Origin: the human T2T-CHM13v2.0 reference genome, Homo sapiens
Assembly: GCF_009914755.1 (NCBI RefSeq)
Contig: NC_060942.1
Reading direction: 5' to 3' (one strand)
DNA: 64,000 nucleotides
The notes below the pieces were generated by a model. It was not told the origin of the DNA and ran no database searches. It worked only from the letters and a program-made list of their open reading frames with translations. Each line of letters begins with the position of its first letter. Position 1 is the stretch's first letter. Below are positions 14,945 to 30,082 of the stretch, piece by piece. The position numbers were made by a program, and so were the translations under genes.

Positions 14945-15915
14945 CTCTGCTTTTCTTACAGTCTTCTCCATCTTAATAATTACAGTTTCATTATTCTGAT
15001 TGTTCAGATTGAATATTGAATGTCTTAGAGCTAACCTTATACGTATATTTCTCTCTAAGGCTCCAACTAAACATCAGCAAATTCTGTGAGCTATGCCTTC
15101 AAGATATGGAATCAGGTTAAACCTGTTCTTGTGACTCCCACCACTACATTCTTCTCCAAGCTACCAGTATGTCTTGCCTAGATTTTTAAAATATCCCTCT
15201 CGCTGGTTTCTGGCTTCAGAACTTTCTCCTCTATATTTCATCTTCCACAAGCGTTAAAATATCCTGTCTGCCTTACCCTATACTACCCTGTCCTATCCTA
15301 AAATATCCTTAACTTTTTACCCCTCAAAGAGCTGTTCATCATCTGACATAAAAGATATGGGCCTCTTCCTCTTCATTATGAAAGACTAAGGAAGACAAGT
15401 ATGTATGTGTTTGTGTACACACATACATATATACATGAATTTATGTCAATAAAGGTGATGTCTGAATCAATGGTTAAATGAATGAATTATCATTGTGGTA
15501 TATAGCCTTTGGAGGATGCGCTATTCCACATTTACATTGTTACCAAGTAAAAAAACCTTCTGGTTTACTTAGCACAATAGGGACAAGCCCAGGTAATTTT
15601 TTAAAGTGTATAAATGACTCTGAATACAATTCTCCAACTTAAACTTCACAAGTCTTTGAGGTGACAATGAGAATCTTGGTTTTGCTGGTAGTGACTGTGA
15701 TGAAGTTTCTACAACATTAAACAATGACACAGTCCTCTTTTTTGTATTTTCTTTTGTATTTATCAAAGTAACCGAAAATACTTGTATTGGTTTTGAAAGT
15801 TACCACTTTCACTGAATTAATAAGCGAATTCTATTGTGATAATTTTATGATCAAATGATACTTAGATAGAGGATGGAAAGACCAAAGTATGGAACTGAGT
15901 CTTATAAATTGGTAA

Positions 15916-16274
<359 letters not shown>

Positions 16275-17910
16275 AAACTTCTTAATGAGGTCTCCATACT
16301 CAGTTATTTTATGAGTTACTATTAGAATGTATATCAGTATGTCTGGGATTCTCAACTATGTTTAAGAATTTGGTTGAAATAATTTTCAAACTCCTATCTA
16401 AATTTCACACTTTCATTCCCAGTCCACCAGAGGACCAGTTGATATTACCAGAATTGGGATCTTGTGGATAGTGTGTGGCATTTTAAAAGTCAGTTTTGAT
16501 AGTGACACCAATATATTAACCAATGTAGTTTCCATATATCAAAACTCATCAGTGATTTTCCATTGTTAATTGAATAGAGCATAAGTTTTATACTATTTAG
16601 TATATAATACCATTTGATCTGATTTGTGGTGTCTGCCTACCTCAACACTCCCCAAACCTTCGCTCACAATGTATTCTGTAACAAAACAGAACCACTTGAG
16701 TTTCAAGAATACATGGCTGTGTTTTTGCATCTATGCCTTGATTCAAATGATTTCCTCTAAACTGAATGCTTTTCTCCCACTAAATTTATATCCTGCAAGA
16801 GTCAGGTAGCATCTGATTGGTGCTAAGAAGACTTAGTCTTCTTGAAATCCCCTCTTTTTCACTCCCACTCAACACTTTTTATACTGTATTAAACATTTAT
16901 ATAGAAATGAATATACATGATTCTTAACTATTTGTGATATCATAATCACCTTGAAACTGTTTTTCTTTGAAAGCTTGTCCATACTTCAGGCTCTATTTCC
17001 GCATCACTTAATGACATTGACAGAGTAAGGAAGATGGGGAGAACATGGGACATTTAAACAGCTTCTCAGGTGTTTCTGATAAGCATGCACTGAGGGAAGA
17101 AGACTGAACAAGATCTTGAATTCTTAGAAGAGATTAAAAATTTATAAATTTATTTTCTATTAAAAATAGCAATAACTGGAAACAATAAGTTTATGATAAT
17201 TTTGTTGTTCTTAAAACTCAGCAGATTTCATTATGTTTTTTTCAGTTATGACACTAATCACCAACCTCTCCCCACCCCTACCCCACTGCCCTTTGAATCA
17301 CTACAATTTAGCCAAAGAGGAAGAGGTTATGAGGATCTCGTATGTGTGAGGCAGATGTGTGTCTGACAACCTAAGACCTTTCAATTCTTTTTGCTCTGAG
17401 AGACATTATGTTTATACTCATAATTAACACAAAGAAGGATCTCACTTAAGAACTTTCCATAAAGTGTATTCAACAGAATGGTGCTACTTCTATTTGAAAC
17501 TTCTGTAGTATACAAGTATTTTCCTATACAGTAACTATAAAATTCCTGTAAGATAAATGCACTATCAGAAGAGTTTCCTTCCAGGTTACCTAACTTTCAT
17601 TGCAGGCAATTTCAGTAAGTATATCTGTAGTTTCCTGTCTCCTTTGAGGACATACCTTTAAATTTCCCTTTCAACAATTTCTTATGCAAAGGCATCATTG
17701 TGTTTCCTTTGTCCACAGCCAAAATCTAGGCAGCTTTTGGGAGGGTAGAACAGGAGGAAAAACCCTTCAAGTTAAGATATATTATATCTAATTAAGAGAG
17801 AAGCAAGTAGCTTCCCAGTTGAAACCATAATGGTGTTTCCATGTGGAATGATCTGGACAATGACTTCTAATTTTTTTCCAGGTAGTATGAGGAAAATAAG
17901 ATATATTAAA

Positions 17911-18418
17911 TATAGAAGGCAGATAATGGCCACCCCTACAGAGTTGAATCTCTTTATTTCAGAAACTTGTGGATATGTCAGAGACAATTAAATTGAGATT
18001 TCAGTTGGAATTAATGTTTCTGACATTAAAATTGGGGGATTATACTGGAATATCTAGGTAGGCCCAGTATGAATCACAAGCATCCTTAAAAGTAGAAGAC
18101 ACAGGCAGAGAAGAGTTACAGGGTGATGTAACTACCGAAGAATTTTTACAGAAGTGCAATATTGCTGGCTTTGAAGATGGAGGAAGGAGCCCTGAGCCAG
18201 GGAATGCAGGTGGCCTCTAGGTACTGGAAAAGGCAAAGCAACCAATTTTTCTCATAGAGCTTCCAGAAAGAAAGCACCTCAGTCAACAACGTGATTTTTA
18301 TTCCAATGAGATCCATGTTGGACTTCTAACCTAGAGAATTGCAAGATAACAAATTTGTATTATTTTAAGTCACTGAGTTTGGGATAATGTGTTACAGCAT
18401 CAACAGGAAACTAATACA
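17911..18418 (+). mobile_element. MaLR solo LTR, MLT1D-like
   Basis: 'ggcagataatggcc...ctggctttgaagatggaggaagg...gttacagcatcaacaggaaactaataca'. The ~510-bp length fits MLT1D. Confidence 0.85.
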
Positions 18419-20254
18419 TAACACATTCAGAGTAGCCTTTTGTAATATTATAAGTGGACATGAATGATTTGTTACTTATTTCCTAAATAAAGTATAAGGG
18501 AGATTCTGAAATCTTCAATAATGATCTGACAGAGAGTGCCTTGACCTTTTACTAATTGTGCCTGTCTTGGCTTTTTATATTCATAAACTATATATATTTA
18601 CTTCTATGTGACATTTCAAAATGAATTAAATGTATAGACTTAGAGCAAAGAGTGAAGATTATGTTTTGCACTTAAACCTCCTTTAATATCTAAAGTTTGA
18701 CTGAATCACACTCTAAGGGACTTCCTGGCTGTGACATTCCATCCTCCACTATTGATTATGTTAAGTAAATTTGTACACTTAACATCATTGTTGCTTATTC
18801 TTGTAGGTTTTTCTAAAACAGATAATAAATTTATCGATGTGAAGGAAGGAGCCATTTCAATAGCTCCTAAACTGTCTTTGGAGATGGTTTATTATTCACT
18901 TATGGGAGAATTTTAAACAGAAATTCTACTGAATTCTCAATGCAGTTGAGAATTATTTATTCTCACAGTTATTTTTAAGTATGGATTTCCCAATCTTCCC
19001 AAGAAAAAAGGACTAGGACAGGTGGGCTAGCATCTTGTCGATAGAAAATCTGAGTACTAAAATGGCCTCCAAGGGAAGTAGAAACACATTTGCCTTCATT
19101 GTATGGGGACACAGTTCATCCAGCACATCCTTCTGTTGATGTTTACTAATCATAGTAGATAAATACAACAAAAATATATTGTACATATGAATAAATCAAT
19201 ATTTGTTGTTTATAGTAAACAAATGAACAAAATTACATTTCTATGTATGCACTAAAATTCTTATGTAGTAGTGTCACCGAAGGCTAAATAAGGCAGAATG
19301 TTTAGGATAAAGGAAACTAAAATCAAGAAAAAAGATCAAGTTTTTGAAGTGATACTGAATATCTCCCAAAACATGGTTATATAATAACCTCATTCAAGTT
19401 GGATCCTTAGCCCATATTATAATGAGATTGCTATGGGCAGAACACTTTTGAGTCTTTGGCACTTGGTAATAAAAGAGAGGGTGTGCATTTTAGACCAGAT
19501 CAGTTCATTCTTCATTTTATAGCTAAGAAATGGAGAGAACACATGCTACAATTAATCATAGTAAAGTTCTAGCTTAACACAGACATTAACTTCAGACAAA
19601 AATAAAATAGTACCATATTTGTTCCTGGTCACACCTATCCACCTCCATCATCAAAAAAACACTGCTTTTTGTTTCAACACTTTGTGGCTCTGGGTCAATT
19701 TCACTACAGTAAACAGCTATTTACTATGCTCTTCTATTGTTCAAATGATTGAGTTGACTCATTAAAGTTGATTATTACAATAACTGCTCTTCAGTGATGA
19801 ATTGAAATTTTAGATAAGTTCTGTATGTGACTTTTTTTTAACTTTTTTTTTCTCCCTAGGGAAGTCAGAGACTGCATCAGAGAAAAACTGGCATACAAAA
19901 GGTGTCTTAATTTTTTTTAAGTAGTTAATGTGGTAAAGTTAGAAACATGTTCTGAAAAGAATGAACAATGGAAACTGCAACAGAAAATTTAGGAAAATGT
20001 AGCTAGTCATTTGTTTGAACAACTTTATTTAAATAAATCTAAAATTAGTTTTCCTTTCCATATGTCACTTTCCGAGCATGTATTCCTGTGTTTATGTGTG
20101 TGCATGTATGTGCTAGTGGTGGAGAGGGAGAAGGGCATAGTGGTGGAAAGGAAAAGAGAAGGGTACACTAACTGGAGTGAAAGCTGTCATTACTAAGATA
20201 CAGTTTGAGAAATGCACTCATCCATTCATTAATTCTAAGATATGGTTTGAGAAA

Positions 20255-20420
20255 TGCACTCATCTACTCATCCATTTATTCAATAAATATTTAATGAGCG
20301 CCTACTATGTTACCCAAAGTAGTTTAGGAGCTGGTAAATTAATGGTGAAATGTACCTATGTCAGATATATCTGGTGTATTTGGGGGATTGCACAAGTAAA
20401 TAAATTTGACCAACTTAATT
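20255..20420 (-). mobile_element. L2 3' end fragment
   Basis: 'catttattcaataaatatttaatgagcgcctactatgt' is the typical reverse-complemented L2 3' end. Confidence 0.65.
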
Positions 20421-21014
20421 TATATGAGACAATTTATTTCCAATAAGGGTTTTGGAGACAGAGTGAGTGGGGATATGTTAGGAATGATGGGGTAAAAGAA
20501 AGGTTGCATGTTACCTGTTTTCGACATTAATCACTTGATCCAGCTTCCTAGAAACAATCCCAGGACTTAAGGAGAGAGGATCTGTAAATAGAAGCTAGAG
20601 GAACTGCTTTCACATTGAAACTTATGTAGTACCCACTTAGGCCCAGATAACAAAATGTGACACAGAGTCAGGAAGGGGTGCATTTTAGTACTTTTGCATA
20701 GAAGAACCATGGCTTCTGCATTTGGAATGCAGTGATACCTTAGTCACTTGAAGGTTTGTAGCTCTGTAGTGTTAGGAGCCAAAAGCCTTGACATAAACAT
20801 CAGTTCCATCAGGGCTGGCAACAAAAGGCTATCTCAAATGGTAGAATAAGTAGTAGAAGTAGGCATCCTAAAAGACTTTCTGGAAGAGTTGGGTGAGATT
20901 TTACGGGAATTTAAATTTAGAGTTGCTAAGACATGTCTTTGTTTATCTTTCGCTGACTAGCTCTAATTTTTGAAATTAAAAAAAAAATCTTTTAACCTAA
21001 ATTTTACTTTTATG

Positions 21015-21085
21015 ATCCCTAAAATGAAATTATAGTAGCCACTTTAAGGGATTGTTATGAGAATTACATTAGATAAAGCAAAACA
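21015..21085 (+). mobile_element. MIR fragment
   Basis: 'aaaatg...agggattgttatgagaattacattagataa' matches the MIR core and 3' part. Confidence 0.55.
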
Positions 21086-21107
21086 GTGGAGTTTTAAAAC
21101 AATATAT

Positions 21108-21210
21108 ATTTATTTTTAATTTTGTATTGATACATAATAGTTTTTCATATTTTGAGGGTACATATGATTTTTGATACATAGCTACAATGTGTAATGATCA
21201 AATCAAGGTT
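21108..21210 (-). mobile_element. L1MA-type 3' end fragment
   Basis: 'ttgatacataatagt...gggtacatatgatttttgatac...acaatgtgtaatgatcaaatcaaggt'. Confidence 0.7.
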
Positions 21211-23394
21211 GAATTCATTTGGTATTGCATACAAAAATAAATGAACTCTGGAAAATAGATTTGTGTTTCAGTTATAATTAAAAAGTAAATATTAAGAAAA
21301 AACTAAGTAGGAATTTTTGGAAGCAAATGTAAATGCTTTGAGATGGAAATCTTTTGGAGCCGAAAAGTTTAGGTTTAATCTGACTATAAAACTGTACCCT
21401 CTTCCCTTCAATGGGAAGCCAGTAATTGTTAACATCAGCAAAATAATTTGCTTCTAAAAGATTGCCTTTTGGAGTTAATTATAAGATATAAGTAGTTTCG
21501 TTCTCTCATTAAAATGATATCCTTGTGGGAACCAGAGAATGGTCTGAAACCAGGCACTAGAAGGGCTAATATAACTTAAATAAATCCTTTTGATTTTTCT
21601 TAATCCTGAGAATTTTGGCCACAAACCAGGGACTTTGCCTTAGTAGCAGATGTCAATTTGTAAGGTCTAGCAGTCCCCCAAAGAAGAGAACATGTAGCTG
21701 GTTTTAAAGCTAATAATAAAGCCGAATCCAGCCTTCAGTCTTACCACCCTGCCATATTCAGAGCTTCAGGAAAAGTAATTAGTGTGGTGATGGGAATAGT
21801 GTCAATGCCCCCCAAACTAAAATTTTTCATTATTACAGAACATTATTAAAGTATATGTGCATTAAAATATTAGGGCCAATCATTATGTTTATAGGTTCAT
21901 ATTAAACAAAGAGATTAAGAAACATAAGGCACTAGAAGGTTATATTGAATATAATTTACTTATTTATTCAATAAGTTATATTAAAGATATAAATATTAAT
22001 ATTAATGCTTCTCTTTTTTAAAAAAAGCTTAATTGGAGCAACAGACAAACCAAATAATGTTTATAATGCATTGTGATTAATTCCATGCTAGAGGTATACA
22101 CAGAATAATTTTTAAAAATTGTGCTACAGAATCAGTAAATTCTCATAAATATCACAGATTCTGCTGAGTACTGAAGGCAAAATTGGACTGAGCCAGATGA
22201 AAGAGTATTATAATAATAAGAGTGGTCCCAGCAGAGAAGACAACACTTGAGGAAGAAGAAAGTATGACTGATAATATGCTCACGGCCCTGCAAGTAAGCT
22301 GGCTCACTTGGGATAGGAGATGGGGAAAGGGAGGTAAGAAGGGACAGACAATGACTCCAATTTGCTCAGAATCCATCATGGCCCATAAGTACAAAGAACT
22401 TTGAGGAATAGAGTATTGCATGGGTGTGAAATTGTTTGCTATTTAGAATTTATAATACATACTTGTTATAGTAGTATTCAGGGTTCCCTAATTCCTGTTT
22501 AGGACACGCAAATGATATCGATAATCTGTTGGGAGGTCTGCAAAATGAGAATTGAAGTCAATAAGTAACAATTGTATGTACTTTCAGCCCAACAGTTAAG
22601 CAAATGTATATTTATGAGTGCTGAAATTTAGGAAATTGCTAAATATTAGTCTTCACTTTTACTGTGGGTTTTGGTCAGTCTGACTTGTTCATTAGTACAG
22701 CAATTTCATGATCCAGTGAAGATTACCAGGGTTTTGTTTCCTAGCCAGATTTCTCAGAAATTCTCTGGCTTTGTCAAACATATGTAAACTGGAATGACCA
22801 TTAACCTGTAAATTTGATCAATGCAGAGAGTATATATGAATAATTTATAAACAGAAAATAACTATTTCTAACAATAGCAACCTCTTTGCCTTACAAATCT
22901 ACACATATTTTTCAATATCTCAGTTAAGAATGCTGTTGATATACCTTTTCATATTAGTTTTATTTACAGATTTCAAGTTATGGATCTTCATATTTAAACT
23001 TATCCTATTGGAAATTCAGTAGCTCACGTATATCTGGCAAACATCTTCTTAGGGTCAGCGAAATAGACACTACTTAAAAGTTTTTAAAAATTAAAATATT
23101 ATTTGAATATTATAAGGGATAAATATAAAGTTTTCAAAATGACACCTATGATATTGTATTTATTATGAAGAATGGTTTTTATTTGATGTACTTTATTGAA
23201 AAAATACCACTTATTATTTAACAATTGCATGAGTTACAAACATCATCACTGGGAGTTAGATAAACATAAAACCCACCACAGAGAATTAGCTATGGATGTA
23301 CAACACAACTTATTGTTCAGTTTTCTTGTTAAAGACCAAAGTGTTGAACTAGTTCTCATGTTTACAAAAGAAAATTGGTCATGAGACATCTTAT

Positions 23395-25181
23395 AAAATC
23401 AAGAATGCAATCCCATTCATAATAACCACAAAAATAATAAAATACTTAGGACTACAGCTAACCAGGGAAGTTAAAGATCTCTACAGTGAGAACTACAAAA
23501 CACTGCTCAAAGAAACCACAGATGACACAAACAAATGGAATCCATTCCATGCTCATGGATAGGAAGAATCAATATTCTTAAAATGGCCACACTGCCCAAA
23601 GCTATTTACAGATTTAATGCTATCTATTTCAAACTACCAATGACACTCTTCACAGAAATAGAAAAAAAAACTATTTTAAAATTTATATAGATCCAAAAAT
23701 AGAGCCTGAATAGCCAACGCAATTCTAAGCAAAAAGAACAAAGCTTGAAGCATCATGTTACCCAACTTCAAACTATACAATAAAATGACAGTAACTAAAA
23801 CAGTGTGGTACTGGTACAAAAACAGACACATAGAACAATGGAAGAGAATACATTCCAAAAATAATGCCACATACCTACAATCATCTGATCTTTGGCAAGG
23901 CAAACAAAAACAAGCAATGGGGAAAAAACTCCCTATTCAATAAATGGTGCTGAGAAAACAGGCTAACCTTATGCAGAAGATTGAAACTAGACCCCTTCCT
24001 TATACTATATACAAAAATTAACTTAAGATTGATTAAAGACTTAAATGTAAAATCTAAAATGATAAAAACCCTGGAAGATAACCTAGGAAATACAATAGGA
24101 CCTGGCAAAGATTTTATGATAAAGACGCTAAAAGCAATTGCAACAGAAACAAATATTGACAAATGGGGCCTAATTAAACTAAAGGGCTTCTACACCAAAA
24201 AAAAAAAAAAAAAAAACAGACAAGCTACAGAGTTGGAGAAAATATTTGGAGACTGCAAATTTTTTTTGACCTACAAAGTTCTAATATCCACAATCTGTAG
24301 GGAACTTAAACACATTTACAAGCAAAAGACAAAGTACCCCATTAAAAAGTGGGCAGTGGGCAAAGGACATGAACAGATGCTTTTCACAAGAAGACATACA
24401 TGTGTCCAAGAAGCATTAAAAAAATGCTCAACATCACTAATCATTAGAGAAATGCAAATCAAAATCACAATGAGATACCATCTCATATCAGTCAGAATGG
24501 CTATAATTAAAAAGTTTAAAAGTAACATACTGGCATGATTGTGGAAAAAAGGGAACACTTGTATACTCTTGGTGGGAATGTAAATTAGTTCAACTATTGT
24601 GGAAAGCAGTGTAGTGATTCCTAAAAAAACTTAAAACAGTACTATCATTCCACCTAGAAATCCCATTATTGGGTGTATTCCCAAAGAAATGTAAATAATT
24701 CTGCCATAAAGACACATGCATGTATGTTTATTGCAGCACTATTCACAATTGCAAAGTCATGGAATCAGCCTTAATGTCCATCAATTGTAGACTGAAAAAA
24801 GAGAATGTGGTAAATATACACAATGGAATACTACACAGTCATAAAAAAGAATGAGATCATGTCCTTTACAGCAAGGTGGATGGAGCTGCAGGGCATTATT
24901 CTAACACAACTAACACAGGAACAGAAAACCAAATATCACACATTCTCGCTTGTAAGTGGGAGCTAAACAATGAGGACAAATGGACACAAAGAGGGGAGCA
25001 ACAGACACTACTTGAGGGTGAAAGGTGGGAGGAGTGAGAAAATCAAAAAACTACTTATAGGGTACTATGCTTATTAGTTGGGTGACAAGATAATCTGTAT
25101 ACCAAACCCCTGTGACATATAGATTACCTATGTGACAAACCTGCATGTGTACCCCTGAACCTAAAATAAAAGTTAAAAAAA
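23395..25181 (+). mobile_element. 5'-truncated LINE-1, L1PA15/16-like
   Basis: ORF2 remnants (LPNFKLY...WYWYKNRHI; [13 protein letters not shown]). 3' UTR ends 'gtacccctgaacctaaaataaaagttaaaaaaa'. Confidence 0.95.
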
Positions 25182-28100
25182 GAATATAACACCAAATTAC
25201 ATATACTGTAGAGTTAATATTTTATCTTATCTTAATGGCAGTAGTACCACTATTTATTTATTGTTTTTGTTTCAATTTTAAGACTGATGGAAAAGACAAG
25301 AGAGGATGGAAAAGACAAGAGAGACTACAAAATAATTTAATAGAGTTAAAAATAATTTTCAATCAACAAACCTCATATAACCTTACTGCTGACTAATGTT
25401 CTGATTGACAGAGAAATGTTCAGAGGATGGAGTATAATTCTTAGATATAATTTAGTTTACAGCCTGCTATAAAGTGCTAATGTATTGAAGAATATACAGA
25501 GTGAGAGAGAGAAAAGGAAGAAAAGAGGAGAGGAAAGGGAGGAAGGGCTGATAAACAATAATTCTAGTGTGAGATACTGTCTACTAATTTATTCAGATAA
25601 AATAAAATAATGAAATATATATGACAGAACCCATATAAAAGAAGAATATTTGAATATTTGTCTTGATCAATGGAGACAGGTGATAACTTATTACAGAAGT
25701 TTACCATAAAACTGTGAATTTTATGGCTGTGGCTCATTTTTAAGGTTCTCTTAAAAATTGAAATGGGAAGTTTAAAACATCCCGTTTCCAGAATATGACC
25801 TTGGAAATTGTCTTGGGAGATTTCCTTTTAGTAAACTCCTTAATACTCTATCCATGTCATGGGCTTCTCAGGAATTGCTTCCTTAATTAGAATATATATT
25901 TTACAATAGTTTCTAATTAACCGATATTCTTAAAAAATTAAATAATTCTGGAAGCCTCATAGTAAGGTAATTTTAGATACACTCTAGGTTGTATATAGGA
26001 CAAGTTTTATTATTTTCATTAAGGTGTAGTATGGCCTATAGATCTTTTGAATTACAAACAGAAGTCATTTATATTTTGGTTCACATGTATTTTGACTTAA
26101 GGAGTACATCAATGGCCAACTTATAGTATCTTCTTTGAGGTTTTGAGGAAGGTCTGATGCTGACAAAAAGTGAGTGCCAATTTTCTCCATTTAGGACACT
26201 AATTATATTCACATAACCTCTTGTTCATTACCACTTTCTAATATTTACTTTAAGTAACTAATGTTTCATAAATAAACATTAAATCTAAAATGTTAATATA
26301 TTAAAATATAATAAATAGGAGCAGAAGAAGTGAGAAACTATGAATGAAAATATTTAACAGACTTTATGGTAACCCAAAATTCATAAATAGGTTTCAAATA
26401 AAGTGGATATACAAAGAAAGATGTAATTATTTTTATAGTGCTCTCTACATGTAAGTTAATATTTACAATATTTATGCAACATGGACTAAAGGAGTATACT
26501 CAGGAGCAATTAAACACAAAAACAAGTTGTTAGATCGGTCTAATTGTAAGGACTAATATTCTCAAACACAGGTAAGTTAGGCAGGGTTTTGTACAGGCTA
26601 CTGGGTTTGTGAGGGCTTATATATTTACAGAATGATATTTTTTATTTTGAGACAGATGCTAAAGGCACAAATAATTCTCATGTCTTCAAGATGCAAAGGT
26701 GTCCTCAAGTTTGTAAAATCCTGCCACCTCTGTAAACATGCAAGGAAATGTCCTGTAACATGAGGAACATGGTCTTTGCTTCAGCCCTGACAGAGAGTGT
26801 GGGAATAGCAGATATATAACACATAGAGGAGTTATAAATATCTCCAGGCATTATAAGATGATCTGCTCTTGTTTTTAACTCAAACTCTTATTTAGAGATT
26901 CTAGGATGATAAAATTCTGCCAGGTATGTTTAGAAGTTTGATTATTCTTTTTCTTGTTTATGTTTGGTGAAAATATTCTCTCTGAGTGATAACAGAAATA
27001 GAAAGGGAGTTGATATATATGGAATGGATTTTTTTTCTATCATCACTGATAATTTTGCATTTCTTGAAATGAAAAAGGATAATCAAATAAAAGGTAAGAC
27101 TGTTGATAGTATTATATTTGTCATGAGCCACACTATGTATATATACTTTCTATATAACTATATTATTTCAGTTGTCTTAATAATGGATTGAAAAGGCATA
27201 TGTTAGTTATCTGTCATGCTATAATGGTATATACAACTTCTTTGTGTATATTATGCTATAATGATATATATGTTATTTTTTATTTTTATTTTTATATTAA
27301 ATTAGATTAAAATAGTACAATTTTCAATGGAAATAACTGTATTATCACCTCTGTATAACCTCGAAGGTTTTTAAATAATTTATTTATTTATTTATTTATC
27401 TTGCTGTAGGAAAGTTAAGCTACAGTCTTTAATATTTAGCTATAGAAAAGGAAGCAATAGTTTTTGGATTTGTAGTCTGTATTGAAGTGCTAATATGTTG
27501 AAGAAAATAGAATTCAGATATTCATTCAGGTAGTTGGATATCTGCTGCATGTATTCAGAGGTTTTTGTGACAAGTTCCATCAGAAAGCCGATCAACACAA
27601 AACTAAATAAGGGTTCTTCCAGTTATTCTGAGTAAAATTTTTGGCATCACCAAAGACTCCTATTTAATTTTACTTACATTTCTGCTTATGGTTAAGTCCT
27701 GCCCGACTTACATCTCTAGTTTCTCTTGCAGTTTTCTTCTCTGTTTCATCCTTGCTGAGCACTAGTCCATGGATTTCTCTTGATAAAAATTGGTGATCTG
27801 TCCTCCTGACCAATTTCTCATTTGTCTTTCTATGTTCTGTTTTCTCTCACCACTCCAAATTGCCACTATAGTCTCCCACTTAACCATATGCATCTTGTGG
27901 CCACATCAAGCTAAATGACTTGCATTATGAGAGATTTCTGATTTCCCTCCTGTATGTTACTTTTTACACAGTCATGCCTCCCACTTGGCATATCTACTCT
28001 TTCAAGTATACCCATAACAGTTCCTCTCATTTATCAAGACAGAGTACAAAACAAGTTTTCTGAGTAGCTCTTTCTTTCCCTCCTACCTCAAAGTAATCAT

Positions 28101-28466
28101 TTCCTCCTACACATAGCCATAATATTCTGAAGTTCATTTATGTCATTTTACCTATTACCATATACTTACACTTGTGTCTTACTTCTTTAGGAGGGAAGAT
28201 CTTTCATCTCATTGTATGAAAAAATCAGTTTATTTTCTACCATACTTTGTAAATGGCACTTCTTCATCATTGTCTGGAATAAACAAAGGAGGAATGAAGA
28301 GGATTGCTTAATAGGACCTCTAAAAAATGAGAAAAAATATTCAAATAATCTAACCGCTATATGTTGAGAAGGAGCCACCAAAGATTGATAAAATATGATG
28401 TGTATGACTTGGACATAGGAAATGATTCTATATAATTATCACTGGATAGCTAACTCACGAATTTTG

Positions 28467-28777
28467 TTTCTTTTTTCTTTCTTTTTCTGTTTTTGAGACA
28501 GGGTGTTGCTCTGTCACCCAGGCTGGAGGGCAGTGGCTTGATCACTACTCACTGCACCCTTGACCTCCAGGGCTCAAGCAATCCTGCCACTTCAGCCTCC
28601 TGAGTAGCTGGGATGACAGACACATGCCACTGCACTGGGCTAATGTACTTTTTTTTTTTTATAGAGACAGAGTCTTGCATGCTGCTCAAGTTGGTCTTAA
28701 ACTCCTGAGCTCAAGCAATCCTCCTGCCTAAGCCTCCCAATTGCTGGGATTACAGGTGTGAGTTAAAGTGCCCAGCC
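28467..28777 (-). mobile_element. AluJ
   Basis: Diverged Alu dimer with J-type 'gctcaagcaatcc' in both arms. Confidence 0.92.
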
Positions 28778-28901
28778 ACCTTGTTCTTAAAAATAAAGAT
28801 CTACCCAAGGACTGAATGATAGAAAAGGATGATACAAAGAGTCACTTTCTTACCTTCTCCTCCACCAAATTAAAAAAAAAAAGCCTTCATTCATAACAGA
28901 A

Positions 28902-29090
28902 TTTTTTTTTTTTGAAACAGAGTCTCACTTTGTCTCCCAGGCTGGAGTGCAGTGGAGTGATCTTGGCTCACTGAAATCTCCACCTCCTGGGTTCAAGTGA
29001 TTCTCCTGCCTCAGACTCCTGAGTAGCTGAGACTACAGGTGCCCACCACCATGCTCAGGTAATTTTTGTATTTTTAGTAGAGGCGGGGTT
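28902..29090 (-). mobile_element. Truncated AluS (right arm and linker)
   Basis: T-tail, then 'gagtctcactttgtctcccaggctggagtgcag...tttttagtagaggcggggtt', after which the match stops. Confidence 0.92.
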
Positions 29091-29679
29091 TTAATTTTTA
29101 TGTTTGTACCATTTTAATGATGTTTTTATTCGTAGAAATTGAAGGGAAAAATAAATCATTTTTTGTACTTCATGTTTGTGTCTATTGACCACTTTAAAGA
29201 AAAAAGACTTATTATGTTATTTGAAAGAATATGATTGGTATGCTCACTTACTCTACTAACATTCTATCATTTTTAACAAGGTACGTAACAGGCTATACCA
29301 CTAGGAAGGCATATATAAATGGCAAAAGTGTTTGTCATAAGAAAAAATATGAAAAAAAAAACCCACAAAAGATTGAAAGTGAGTTTTGAATACTTGTTCC
29401 CTTTTGAGGAGGAGGGCACAGTTTAAGTTATAAAAACCAGTAGGATAATAGAATACATTCATGTAGTTTAGAGTGTGGTAAAATTAATACTTCTCTCTAA
29501 AGGAAATGCTTACTTTTGATATTTAATACTTTATTGGAAACTAAAAATAGATGCATTAATCCTTCCAAGTGCACAATTTTTTGTCACCTAGATTTCACCA
29601 TGTTATAGAGAATGTAGAGCTGATTTGGCCACTGATGATCAATTTTTCCTTTGAACACTTATTGCTGTAATTGTAGTAA

Positions 29680-29900
29680 AATAAAGACTCATATTTCTTG
29701 AATATCTTCTGTGTCCTAGGCTTTCTTCCTTTATGTATATTATCTCATTTAATTTCACAAAATTCTGATGGGGTTGTTATTGTCACTATTTTCCAGATGA
29801 ACAATTGAAGTTTTTAGTTTAACTTGTCCAGGATTACGTAGCTACACGACCAAGATGGATTCAAAACCTGATCTTAGGATGCCAAGGCCAATGGCTTTCT
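29680..29900 (-). mobile_element. MIR
   Basis: 'tattatctcatttaatttcacaa...ttttccagatgaacaattgaag...aacttgtccagg'. Confidence 0.7.
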
Positions 29901-30078
29901 TTATTTCAAGCTGATATTTGGGTCCATTTGTAAGTAGATTTAGAGCTAAAAACTACAATTTTTTTTTACAGGGAAGACATCCCTTATTGTTAAAGTAATC
30001 TTTTAAGATATAATTTTATGGTTTCCATATATACCTGTATGTATAAAGATCTCCTACATACATGTATAGACATATATA

Positions 30079-30082
<4 letters not shown>

